Part shown: positions 10,348 to 18,381 of the stretch, piece by piece
How positions within the stretch are numbered: the first letter of the stretch is position 1
Layout: each line of letters begins with the position of its first letter
Source: Candidatus Omnitrophota bacterium
GTDB lineage: Bacteria; Omnitrophota; Omnitrophia; Omnitrophales; Aquincolibacteriaceae
DNA length: 64,000 nt
Assembly: GCA_035368605.1 (NCBI GenBank)
Contig: DAOSLF010000003.1
Span: 889 to 64,888, forward strand
Direction: 5' to 3'
The notes under the pieces: generated by a model
What the model saw: the letters and a program-made list of their open reading frames with translations, nothing else
Databases searched by the model: none
Told to the model about the DNA's origin: nothing
Made by a program: the position numbers and the translations under genes

Positions 10348-11388
10348 TTATTTCCGCCTGAACGCGGAAAGATCGAACGCCTTCCACTCGTCGTAGGGTG
10401 TGCGGGAAAGCAGGGACGAAACGGCATCCGCGGGTGACTTGCCTTCGAACAACATCTTGTAAACCTCGGTCATGATCGGGAGCTGGAGGTCCGGATACTT
10501 GCGGGAAAGTTGATGGACGCTGAGGGAGGTCCCGATGCCTTCCGCGACCATCGCCATTTTCCCGAGGATGTCCCCGGTCTTCTTCCCCTTGACGAGTTCG
10601 CGTCCGACATAAAGGTTCCGGCCGTGCTTTGAGGCACAGGTCGTGAAGAGATCGCCGATCCCCGAAAGTCCGAAAAAGGTGTCCGGGCTCGCGCCAAACT
10701 TCACGCCGAGCCGGGCGATCTCGTAGATCCCGCGCGTCATAAGACCCGCCTTGGTGTTATCACCGAACTTCAGACCATCGCAAACACCCGCGGCGATCGC
10801 AATCACGTTCTTGAGCGCGCCGCCGAGCTCCACGCCCACCACGTCCTTCTGGACATAAATACGAAAGCGCGGGTCCTGGAAATGCTCCTGGACATAAGAC
10901 GCCACGGCCGCATCGTCGGACGCCGCAACGAGCATGGTTGGTATCTTGCGCGCGACTTCTTCGGCGTGGGACGGACCCGAAAGGACAACGAGCCGGACAT
11001 CTTTCCCGAGGACCTTGTGGACGATCTCGGAGGGCCTCAGACAGGTCCCGTTCTCGATGCCCTTCGCGACATTGACGAGAATCTTTCCGCGATACGGGAG
11101 CTTCTTCAGCCTGAGAAGGACGCTCCGAAGGTGCTGGGTCGGGACCGCGAGAACAATCACATTCGCGAACTCGACGGCTGCCCTGAGATTCGAGGTGATG
11201 CGAAGGTCCTTCGGCAGTCTCACACCCGGAAGGAACCTCTCATTCACGCGTTTGCGTTCGAGCGTCTTCGCGTAATCGGGAAAGACGGACCAGAGCAGGA
11301 CTTCGTTCCCGCGCCGCAGGTTCACAAGCGCAAGCGCCGTCCCCCACCCGCCGTCACCTATAACACTTACCTTGATCGGTTCAGTCAT
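10348..11388 (-). CDS. gpsA: NAD(P)H-dependent glycerol-3-phosphate dehydrogenase
   Basis: MTEPIKVSVIGDGGWGTALALVNL... (GxGxxG) and full-length GpsA similarity. I chose ATG 11388, because the longer ORF to 11547 would overlap the upstream thioesterase gene. Confidence 0.9.
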   Translation of the reverse strand: MTEPIKVSVIGDGGWGTALALVNLRRGNEVLLWSVFPDYAKTLERKRVNERFLPGVRLPKDLRITSNLRAAVEFANVIVLAVPTQHLRSVLLRLKKLPYRGKILVNVAKGIENGTCLRPSEIVHKVLGKDVRLVVLSGPSHAEEVARKIPTMLVAASDDAAVASYVQEHFQDPRFRIYVQKDVVGVELGGALKNVIAIAAGVCDGLKFGDNTKAGLMTRGIYEIARLGVKFGASPDTFFGLSGIGDLFTTCASKHGRNLYVGRELVKGKKTGDILGKMAMVAEGIGTSLSVHQLSRKYPDLQLPIMTEVYKMLFEGKSPADAVSSLLSRTPYDEWKAFDLSAFRRK

Positions 11389-11477
11389 GTTATTCACCGC
11401 TTTAAACGTTCTCATTGCCGGTACAGCATAACAAAAATCGTGACCTGGGACTTGTTCCCGGGGACAGATCCCCGCAT

Positions 11478-11903
11478 TCAGGGTTTCCTGCTCCTCAAAA
11501 GCGTATGCACTTTCACTTTCTGCCGGATCTCGTCCGGGATGCGACACGGACGCAGCGTCTTATCGACGAACACGTGCAGCGTGTCACCGGTTGTGATGAT
11601 CTTGTCCGTCCCTTTCCGGATAACCTGATACTGGAACTTGATCGAGCTCGCGCCAAGGTGACTCACGCTGGTCCGGATGATTAACTCATCGTCGTAGGTC
11701 GAAGGGGCGATATACTTGGCGTGCGCCTCCCCGACCGGGAGGAAGAGTCCCTTTTTCTCGCATTCGGTATAGGGCAGGCCGAGCGCCCGGAAATATTCGT
11801 TGCGCGCCGCCTCGAAGAAACGGAAGTAGTGGCCGTAGTAGGTGACGCCCATCCGGTCCGTATCGGCGTAAATGACACGGTATTCGTGATCAAAATATTC
11901 CAT
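11478..11903 (-). CDS. Acyl-CoA thioesterase, YbgC/4HBT hot-dog family
   Basis: YRVIYADTDRMGVTYYGHYFRFFEAARNEYFRALG is a typical 4HBT N-terminus. ATG 11903 is preceded by GGGAGA. Confidence 0.8.
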   Translation of the reverse strand: MEYFDHEYRVIYADTDRMGVTYYGHYFRFFEAARNEYFRALGLPYTECEKKGLFLPVGEAHAKYIAPSTYDDELIIRTSVSHLGASSIKFQYQVIRKGTDKIITTGDTLHVFVDKTLRPCRIPDEIRQKVKVHTLLRSRKP

Positions 11904-11922
11904 TTCTGTCTCCCGGACCGTT

Positions 11923-13047
11923 TCAGCCCACACGGTTGAAATGGCTAAAGAAGCCTTTCTTCGACGCGACCTTGTCGCCCCGCTCCGCCGCGAGGGCTTC
12001 GAGAAGTTCCCGCTCGGCCTTCGACGGTTTCGAAGGCACTTCGACCTGGATCCGCAGGTACAGGTCCCCGCGCCGATCCGGCATGTTGACCGCCGGCAGT
12101 CCCTCGTGGCGGACTTTCACGATCTTTCCCGAAGGCGTCCCCGGCTCGATCGTGAGCTCCGTCTTGCCGGTCAGCGTCACGGCATCGGCCTTTCCGCCGA
12201 GCACCGCGACCGTGTAAGGGATCAGCGTTTCCGCGTAGAGGTCGTGCCCCTGGCGCTCGAACACCTTGTGTTTTTCGACCGTCACATGGATGTAGAGGTC
12301 TCCGCGGCCGCCCGCACCCTGGCCGGCCTCGCCTTCCCCCGTCACCCGCAACCGGGAACCATCCTCGATCCCGGCCGGAACATTCACCTGGAGCTTGCGG
12401 ACCTTGCGGACGCGTCCTTCCCCGCGGCAGACGTGGCAAGGTTTCTCGATCGATTCCCCTTCGCCGCCACACTTCGGGCAGGTCCGCCGCATCGAGAAAA
12501 ATCCCTGCGTGATCCTGACCTCGCCCCGGCCGCCGCAATCGGCGCAAACCTTCTTCCTTGAACCTTTTTCCGCGCCACTCCCGCCGCATTCCGTGCAAGT
12601 CTCGCGCCTCGGGATCTCGAGCTCCATCGCCTTGCCCGAGAGCACCTCTTCGAGCGTGAGCGTCACCGGGTATTCGAGATCGGAACCCCGGCGCCCGCGC
12701 GCCCCGCTGCGGCGACCGCCCCCGCCTCCGCCACCGAAGAAATCCTCGAAAAGATCGCCGAAGATGTCGCTGAAGCCGCCGAAGGAGTCCTGGAAGTTCT
12801 CGAAACCCGAGAAACCGCCGCCCCCGAGGCTGTGCCCGAACTGGTCGTAACGGGCGCGTTTGTCGGAATCATTCAGAACGGCGTAGGCCTCGGCCGCCTC
12901 CTTGAATTTCTCCTCAGCCTCCTGACTGTTGGGGTTGCGGTCCGGGTGGTACCGGAGGGCGAGCTTCCGGTAGGCTTTCTTCAGTCCATCCTCCGTCACG
13001 TCACGGCTGACGCCCAACACTTCATAGTAATCGCGCTTTTGTTTCAT
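11923..13047 (-). CDS. dnaJ: Molecular chaperone DnaJ
   Basis: J domain with HPD (RYHPDRN), a G/F-rich linker, and four CxxCxGxG motifs ([32 protein letters not shown]). Confidence 0.95.
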   Translation of the reverse strand: MKQKRDYYEVLGVSRDVTEDGLKKAYRKLALRYHPDRNPNSQEAEEKFKEAAEAYAVLNDSDKRARYDQFGHSLGGGGFSGFENFQDSFGGFSDIFGDLFEDFFGGGGGGGRRSGARGRRGSDLEYPVTLTLEEVLSGKAMELEIPRRETCTECGGSGAEKGSRKKVCADCGGRGEVRITQGFFSMRRTCPKCGGEGESIEKPCHVCRGEGRVRKVRKLQVNVPAGIEDGSRLRVTGEGEAGQGAGGRGDLYIHVTVEKHKVFERQGHDLYAETLIPYTVAVLGGKADAVTLTGKTELTIEPGTPSGKIVKVRHEGLPAVNMPDRRGDLYLRIQVEVPSKPSKAERELLEALAAERGDKVASKKGFFSHFNRVG

Positions 13048-13121
13048 AGAGTACGGGGTACGGAGTACGGGGTACGGAGTAAACGGTTTTGAGACTCCAT
13101 ACTCGGTACGCCGTACTGAAT
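13048..13121 (-). promoter_or_regulatory. Structured grpE-dnaJ intercistronic leader with GTACGGR heptamer repeats
   Basis: 13051-13081 reads (GTACGGG GTACGGA)x2 GTA. It is complementary (20 of 23 pairs including G-U) to 13096-13118. There are six GTAC cores in 74 nt and no SD upstream of the dnaJ ATG. Confidence 0.5.
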
Positions 13122-13751
13122 TTAGGTGATCTCGTCCTGTTTTTCGGGAGGAGGGGCGGTGCGGACCCGGACCTTCGCGGCCCGCAGGAGCCGGTCGTGG
13201 AGCATATACCCGGTCTCCAGCTCGTCGACAATGACGTCCTCCTCTCCCTTTTCCTGGACGCGAGCCACAGCTTCATGGCGGTGCGGATCGAACTTCTCGC
13301 CGACCGTTTCAAGACGCGTGAGACCGTGGTTCCGGAGAATATCGGTCAGCTGTTTCTGGACCATCTGGATCCCGGTGGCGACGTTCTTGAAATTCTGGCG
13401 AAGTTTTTCCTCATCGGCCTCGGCGAGCTCACCGGCGGTCGTATGCTCGACGGCACGGCCAAAGTTATCGAGTACGGGGAGCATCTCGCGCATGATACGC
13501 TCCATGCTGAACTTGATGAATTCGTCCTTGTCGCGGAGCGCGCGTTTTTTCGCGTTCTCGAAGTCCGCCGCGGCGTGCAGGAACTTCTCGCGGAGCCCTT
13601 CGAGCTCTTCGACACGTTTTCTGAGCGCCTCGTGCTCTTCCGGGGAGATCGCGGCCTTCGGCGTCTCCGGCACCGGAGGGACGGAAGCCTTCGCGGGCTC
13701 TTCAGGATGGTCATTCTTGTGGTTATGCCTGGAGTTCGGAGTCACGATCAA
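13122..13751 (-). CDS. grpE: Nucleotide exchange factor GrpE
   Basis: C-terminal GrpE signature ...[22 protein letters not shown]...[16 protein letters not shown]. The TTG start at 13751 overlaps the hrcA stop (TTGA), so the exact start is uncertain. Confidence 0.85.
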   Translation of the reverse strand: MIVTPNSRHNHKNDHPEEPAKASVPPVPETPKAAISPEEHEALRKRVEELEGLREKFLHAAADFENAKKRALRDKDEFIKFSMERIMREMLPVLDNFGRAVEHTTAGELAEADEEKLRQNFKNVATGIQMVQKQLTDILRNHGLTRLETVGEKFDPHRHEAVARVQEKGEEDVIVDELETGYMLHDRLLRAAKVRVRTAPPPEKQDEIT

Positions 13752-14530
13752 AACCCTTCCCCGGATGCAAAAAGCTCGCCGATCAGACCGGCTACCCGTG
13801 AAACAAGCGGGATCACCCGCCGGTACGGCATCCGTTTCGGGCCCAGGACCGCGATCACGCCCGTCCCGAGGTCCCCGGCCGAATACCGGGCCGTCACGAT
13901 CGCACAGTCCTCAAGGGCTTCGCTGCCGTTCTCGCGACCGACCGAGACCGAGACCTTCGACTCGTGGGCCTTCTCGAGAAGCCACTGCTTCAGGAGAATC
14001 TTCTCCTCGAGTGTCTGCAGCAACGCCTTCAGCTTGTGGATGTCACGAAACTCGGGTTTTTCGAGGATATGCGTAAGACCCTGGAGCGACAGCTTGAGCT
14101 CGTCGATCTTCCGGGAAAGATCCGGCTCGGGGGCCATCGAAAGCGAGAGACCGATCTCCCGCGTGACGGAGGAAAGAAGTCCCGAAACCCTGTCGAGGAA
14201 CGCCTCGATGGCGCGCTCCTGGCGACAACCCTGGCTGATCTCTTCCGCGACCCGGGCAGAGACAGTCTCCGGGAGCTCTTCATCAAAGGGCAAGTGGTCC
14301 AGATAATAACGGTATCCGTCATCGGTCGGGATACGTCCCGACGACGTGTGCGGATGCGACAGATAGCCCATTTCCTCAAGCACGCCCAGTTCGTTACGAA
14401 CGGTGGCCGGCGAACAGCGGAGTGAGTAGCGGCGGACGATGAACTGCGAGCCCACGGGGTCGCTCGTCTCGATATGGGACTCCACCACACTCCGGAGTAA
14501 ACCGGATTGTCTCGGGGTTAACGGTATCAT
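13748..14530 (-). CDS. hrcA: Heat-inducible transcription repressor HrcA (short, about 260 aa)
   Basis: MIPLTPRQSGLLRSVVESHIETSDPVGSQ...SPATVRNELGVLEEMGYLSHPHTSSGRIPTDDGYRYYLDHL matches the HrcA winged-helix N-terminus. I prefer ATG 14530 over the TTG at 14569. Confidence 0.85.
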   Translation of the reverse strand: MIPLTPRQSGLLRSVVESHIETSDPVGSQFIVRRYSLRCSPATVRNELGVLEEMGYLSHPHTSSGRIPTDDGYRYYLDHLPFDEELPETVSARVAEEISQGCRQERAIEAFLDRVSGLLSSVTREIGLSLSMAPEPDLSRKIDELKLSLQGLTHILEKPEFRDIHKLKALLQTLEEKILLKQWLLEKAHESKVSVSVGRENGSEALEDCAIVTARYSAGDLGTGVIAVLGPKRMPYRRVIPLVSRVAGLIGELFASGEGF

Positions 14531-14588
14531 AGGGAGGGATATGATAGCAGAAAATGCTCCATTCCTCAATACAGTCCCGGGGTCCGGC

Positions 14589-15974
14589 TCAGGCGGCGGT
14601 GTCGCGGGAGGTAGTCAGGACGAGGGTGTCCTGAAGGGATTTTTTCTTCCTGCGGAAAAGCTCCAGGTCTTCGCGGGAGGCACGCCACGAATAGGACTTC
14701 GTCTGGGACAGGAAGAACATCAGATAATCCCAGTCCTTGTAACCGTAACCATGAAGGACATCCGCAAACTCACGGGCCGCGAGCTCCCAGAGATAAATAA
14801 CATCTGCATTGATGCCTCCGGTCGCGGAATAGACCTTCTGGCGGATGTCCTTCGAAGGGGCCGTCATATAGAGCGAATAATGGCACGGCTTTGAAGGTTC
14901 GTACTTCAGCATCACCTTGACACCGGAGAACGTGTTATAAATCCGCTCGTCCTGACCGATCAGCATCTGGATGCGCCGCGTAAGCTGAAGGGCAAGGAAT
15001 TCCCCCGTCGTCATATCCGGCACGTTGAACTCCGTATCCCACCGGTCCAGGCTTTTCAGGATCATATCCCGGTTCATCGGGAACGACGGATCGTCAAACG
15101 CGCTGGCCATCATCGCCATCGGGATGATCCGCGTGATCTTTTCCTTTTCGCCGTCGACAGACACGTGGAAAAGGTATTCAGGGGTCTCCGGAGGAATCTT
15201 CGCGCCTTTCGGCGTCACCCTGGTCTTCGCATAAACGACGACCTGCCGGTCCTGGAGTACGAGGCTCCGGATATCGAGAATCTCCCAGGACGCCTGCGCA
15301 CGTTCAAGGGGGTATCCCGTCGCGTCCTCGAAATAGAACTCTTTCATCCACTTGACGTCCTCCTGGCCTTTGAAATACCGCGGCTTGAGCTCCTGGCGGG
15401 TCATCGTGTTCAGGTCCGCGAAGAATTTCCGGACCGGCCGGTGCCAGAGGATGGGACGGTTCAGCTGGATTTCGTAAATGAGGCGTTTGCGGTATTCGCT
15501 GCGCGGAATGTCCCAGAAGCGGACCTTCTTCACATCGTCGCTCGCGCCTAGGAACATCATCTCCATCCCCGTCTTTTCGGTGTCCGCGGCCTGGAGGTAA
15601 TAAAAATCGATCTTCTTGTCGGTGGAGAGCATGACGCGCGACATCGAAAAGAGCATGTCCTCAATGCGGTCGATCGCTTTTTCGGTCGGCTGGAAAAGCT
15701 GTTCCATATCGGTCACCTGGCCGGAGAGGATGGCTTCCTTGAAATCCATCGCGAAGAGCTGATCGAGGGGGAGAAAAACGCCGAGCGTCGTTCCGTTGAT
15801 CCTCACGTCACATTGGCGGATGCCGTATTCCTTCTCGGCGATCGACGCGATCTCTTCCTTGACCTTCTCGGCCCGGTAACTGGCGGGCGTGCAACCGGCA
15901 AGGAAGAGGACCGTGAAAAGAAAAAGGGACAGGCTCGCGACCGGAGAGATCGGACCTGTCCCCTGTTTCCTCAT
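14589..15974 (-). CDS. Hypothetical lipoprotein (461 aa)
   Basis: Signal peptide with canonical lipobox LFLAGC. No recognisable family. Sits between the FtsH paralog and hrcA. Confidence 0.7.
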   Translation of the reverse strand: MRKQGTGPISPVASLSLFLFTVLFLAGCTPASYRAEKVKEEIASIAEKEYGIRQCDVRINGTTLGVFLPLDQLFAMDFKEAILSGQVTDMEQLFQPTEKAIDRIEDMLFSMSRVMLSTDKKIDFYYLQAADTEKTGMEMMFLGASDDVKKVRFWDIPRSEYRKRLIYEIQLNRPILWHRPVRKFFADLNTMTRQELKPRYFKGQEDVKWMKEFYFEDATGYPLERAQASWEILDIRSLVLQDRQVVVYAKTRVTPKGAKIPPETPEYLFHVSVDGEKEKITRIIPMAMMASAFDDPSFPMNRDMILKSLDRWDTEFNVPDMTTGEFLALQLTRRIQMLIGQDERIYNTFSGVKVMLKYEPSKPCHYSLYMTAPSKDIRQKVYSATGGINADVIYLWELAAREFADVLHGYGYKDWDYLMFFLSQTKSYSWRASREDLELFRRKKKSLQDTLVLTTSRDTAA

Positions 15975-15981
15975 GATCCGC

Positions 15982-17640
15982 TTATACCGCCGGCGGGGTT
16001 CCGCCCTGCGTCAGATGGGCGCGGCGGGGATTCGCCTTGCCGTACTCCATGAAGATCGCCTCGATCTCGTCATAATCCAGTTCGTTCTTCTGAAGGAGCT
16101 CATGGGCGAAACGCTCGAAGATGTCCTTTTCCTTGCGGAGGAGCGTATCCACCTCGGCCATGCAGTCCTTCAGGATCTTGTCGACGTCCTGGTTGAGCCG
16201 GGTCTTCATCTCTTCGGAGAGGAGCTGCGGGGCGACCGTGTAGTCTCCCACGAGACCCGACGGCCCCATCCCGTATTTCCAGACCATCGCGTTGGCATAA
16301 TTCGTCGCCTGATAGAAATCACTCCCGGGCCCTCCGCCGACACCGGTCGTGGTCGTTCCGAACTTGATTTTCTCCGCGACATAACTCGCGACGCAGACCT
16401 TGATCTCGGCCAGCATCGACTCGCGGTCGTTCAGGTGCCATTCCTCGATCGGCGTGGGATGCACGACACCGAGGGACATCTTCCGCGGGATAATCGAGGC
16501 CTTGAACACGTCGTCGCGCGGATGCAAAAGGTACGTGACGATCAAATGGCCCGTCTCGTGATACGCCGTCATCTCGCGTTCCTTGACGTTTATGGTCAGC
16601 TTCTGCTTCACGCCGAGCTCGATACGCTCGATCGCTTCGGAGATATCCTTCAGCGTCACGGAATCGCGTTTATTGCGGGTCGCGATCAGGGCCGATTCCT
16701 TGACGATGTTCTCAATGTCGGCCGGCGACTTGTCCACCGCCTTGCGCGCGAGACGCTTGCAGTCAACCGAGGCCTCGTGTTTGACCTTGCCCAGATAGAA
16801 CTTGAAGAGCGCCTCGCGGCCCTCGAGATTCGGTTTCTTGATATAGACCTTCCGGTCGAAACGTCCGGGACGGAGCAGCGCGGGATCGAGTACGTCCTCG
16901 GCCGCGTTCGTGGCCCCGATCACGACGATGTTCTCGGTCTTTTCCCCGAGACCATCCATCGCGACGAGTAGCTGGTTTTGGGTGGTGTTCCCTTCCCCGC
17001 TCCCGAACTGGCTGAAGGTGCGGCGGTGCCCCATCGCGTCAAGCTCATCAATAAACACGATGCAGCCGCCGAACCCGTAGGCCATGCGGGCGGCTTTCTT
17101 GAAGAGTTGGCGAACGCGGCTTGCGCCGACGCCGACGAAAATCTCGTTGAATTCGCTCGCGGCCATCGAAAGAAACGGCAGCCCCGCTTCCGTCGCGATA
17201 GCCTTCGCGAGATATGTTTTGCCGCACCCGGGAGGCCCCATCATCAGGATGCCGCGAAGAATCTTGCCGCCGATCTTCTTGAGGCGCGCATGGTCCTTGA
17301 TAAGCTGAACGACCTCCCAGCACTCCTCTTTGGCCTCGTCGATCCCGATCACGTCCGAAAACTTCACGTTCACGTCCTTGGCCGCGATATTCTTCTTTTT
17401 CTCGAGGTTCCCGAGGTTGCCGCGGAACAGCACCATATAAATATAGGCGAAGACCACCGCATTGATGACCATGATGATCATCTGGAGCGGCAACTGCGCC
17501 AGCGTGATATTGCGGTAGTAGCTTTCAAGCGACGCCATCCCCCAGATCGAGAGGAGGATCAGGATGAGGGAGGCGGCCACGATCGCGATCTTGATCCAGT
17601 GATCCATCCAAAAAAGCTTCCAGCGACGGTATGATTTCAT
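15982..17640 (-). CDS. ATP-dependent zinc metalloprotease, FtsH family paralog (AAA+ plus M41)
   Basis: Two N-terminal TM helices with only about a 20-aa loop between them. Walker A GPPGCGKT, Walker B IVFIDELD, second region of homology [21 protein letters not shown], zinc site HETGH. ATG 17640 has GGAGA 10 nt upstream; the track's TTG at 17649 is too close to it. Confidence 0.85.
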   Translation of the reverse strand: MKSYRRWKLFWMDHWIKIAIVAASLILILLSIWGMASLESYYRNITLAQLPLQMIIMVINAVVFAYIYMVLFRGNLGNLEKKKNIAAKDVNVKFSDVIGIDEAKEECWEVVQLIKDHARLKKIGGKILRGILMMGPPGCGKTYLAKAIATEAGLPFLSMAASEFNEIFVGVGASRVRQLFKKAARMAYGFGGCIVFIDELDAMGHRRTFSQFGSGEGNTTQNQLLVAMDGLGEKTENIVVIGATNAAEDVLDPALLRPGRFDRKVYIKKPNLEGREALFKFYLGKVKHEASVDCKRLARKAVDKSPADIENIVKESALIATRNKRDSVTLKDISEAIERIELGVKQKLTINVKEREMTAYHETGHLIVTYLLHPRDDVFKASIIPRKMSLGVVHPTPIEEWHLNDRESMLAEIKVCVASYVAEKIKFGTTTTGVGGGPGSDFYQATNYANAMVWKYGMGPSGLVGDYTVAPQLLSEEMKTRLNQDVDKILKDCMAEVDTLLRKEKDIFERFAHELLQKNELDYDEIEAIFMEYGKANPRRAHLTQGGTPPAV

Positions 17641-17801
17641 GTCAGACAATTCTCCTTTTCATTCTTGGCCTTCAAACTTGGGAAAGCGGCCTGGGAAGGC
17701 GGATAGTTGGGGTATTATATCCGTAAGTATTTCCGTTTTATAGAGGTATTTTGCCCTTTGGCCCCTGTCTTAACCCGAAACTCCGGGAGGAAAGGACAGT
17801 C

Positions 17802-18311
17802 TCACCACCAGTAGTCTTCCGAGGGAGCGGCATTCGTCGCCGCGGTTTCCGGGGAGATCCCCGCAGAGACTCCGCCTGCATCGGTCATCTCGGCTGCGGC
17901 ATCGAATCCGGGGAGAACTTCCGTTCCAGCGGCTGTCTCCTGTTCCCAATAGCCTTCCGCAGGCTGCTCGGGGGAAACCGGCTCTTCCGGCGCGGCAAGG
18001 GCATCCGCGGGAACCGCGGGTTCATCCCACCAGTTAAGTCCGGCCGTTTCCCCGGGCATGGCTTCCCTGGCCGCTGGTTTTTCGGCCTCGGGAGCGAACG
18101 GCGGCGCCGTCAGGAAGGTATCTTTGGGATTGTATTTAACACTATAAAGAAGAGCTCCTTTTTTTCCGTCTTTTTCCTCTTCCATCTTCTGTTTATAGAG
18201 AATGCCGTCCGTTTGCGTGTCCCGGATCGGATCCTCGCTCCTCCGGATCGCGGCAAGATTCGGCACGGCAAGCACGATCACCAAGGTTAAAAACAGACAT
18301 TTTCTGCTCAT
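17802..18311 (-). CDS. Hypothetical secreted Pro/Glu/Ala-rich protein
   Basis: I chose internal ATG 18311, which avoids overlap with uvrA. Signal-like MSRKCLFLTLVIVLAVPNLAA, low-complexity acidic C-terminal half ending EDYWW. Confidence 0.5.
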   Translation of the reverse strand: MSRKCLFLTLVIVLAVPNLAAIRRSEDPIRDTQTDGILYKQKMEEEKDGKKGALLYSVKYNPKDTFLTAPPFAPEAEKPAAREAMPGETAGLNWWDEPAVPADALAAPEEPVSPEQPAEGYWEQETAAGTEVLPGFDAAAEMTDAGGVSAGISPETAATNAAPSEDYWW

Positions 18312-18381
18312 GGATGCACCACGTAAAGAGTATCTGAAAAAACCGGTCCTGGCAAATCGCGCGGCGTCCGGAATACGGAGC

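Noticed and set aside
11389-11547. N-terminal extension of gpsA
   Set aside because: It would overlap the thioesterase gene. The GxGxxG fold starts right after ATG 11388.
13051-13081. Heptamer arrays (also 42719-42746) as a CRISPR or minisatellite
   Set aside because: The units are 7 nt with no spacers, and the arrays lie within operon spacers. They are not CRISPR-like.
14531-14588. Search for a CIRCE operator upstream of hrcA (also 17641-17801)
   Set aside because: No TTAGCACTC-N9-GAGTGCTAA-like inverted repeat was visible by eye. A pattern search should confirm this.
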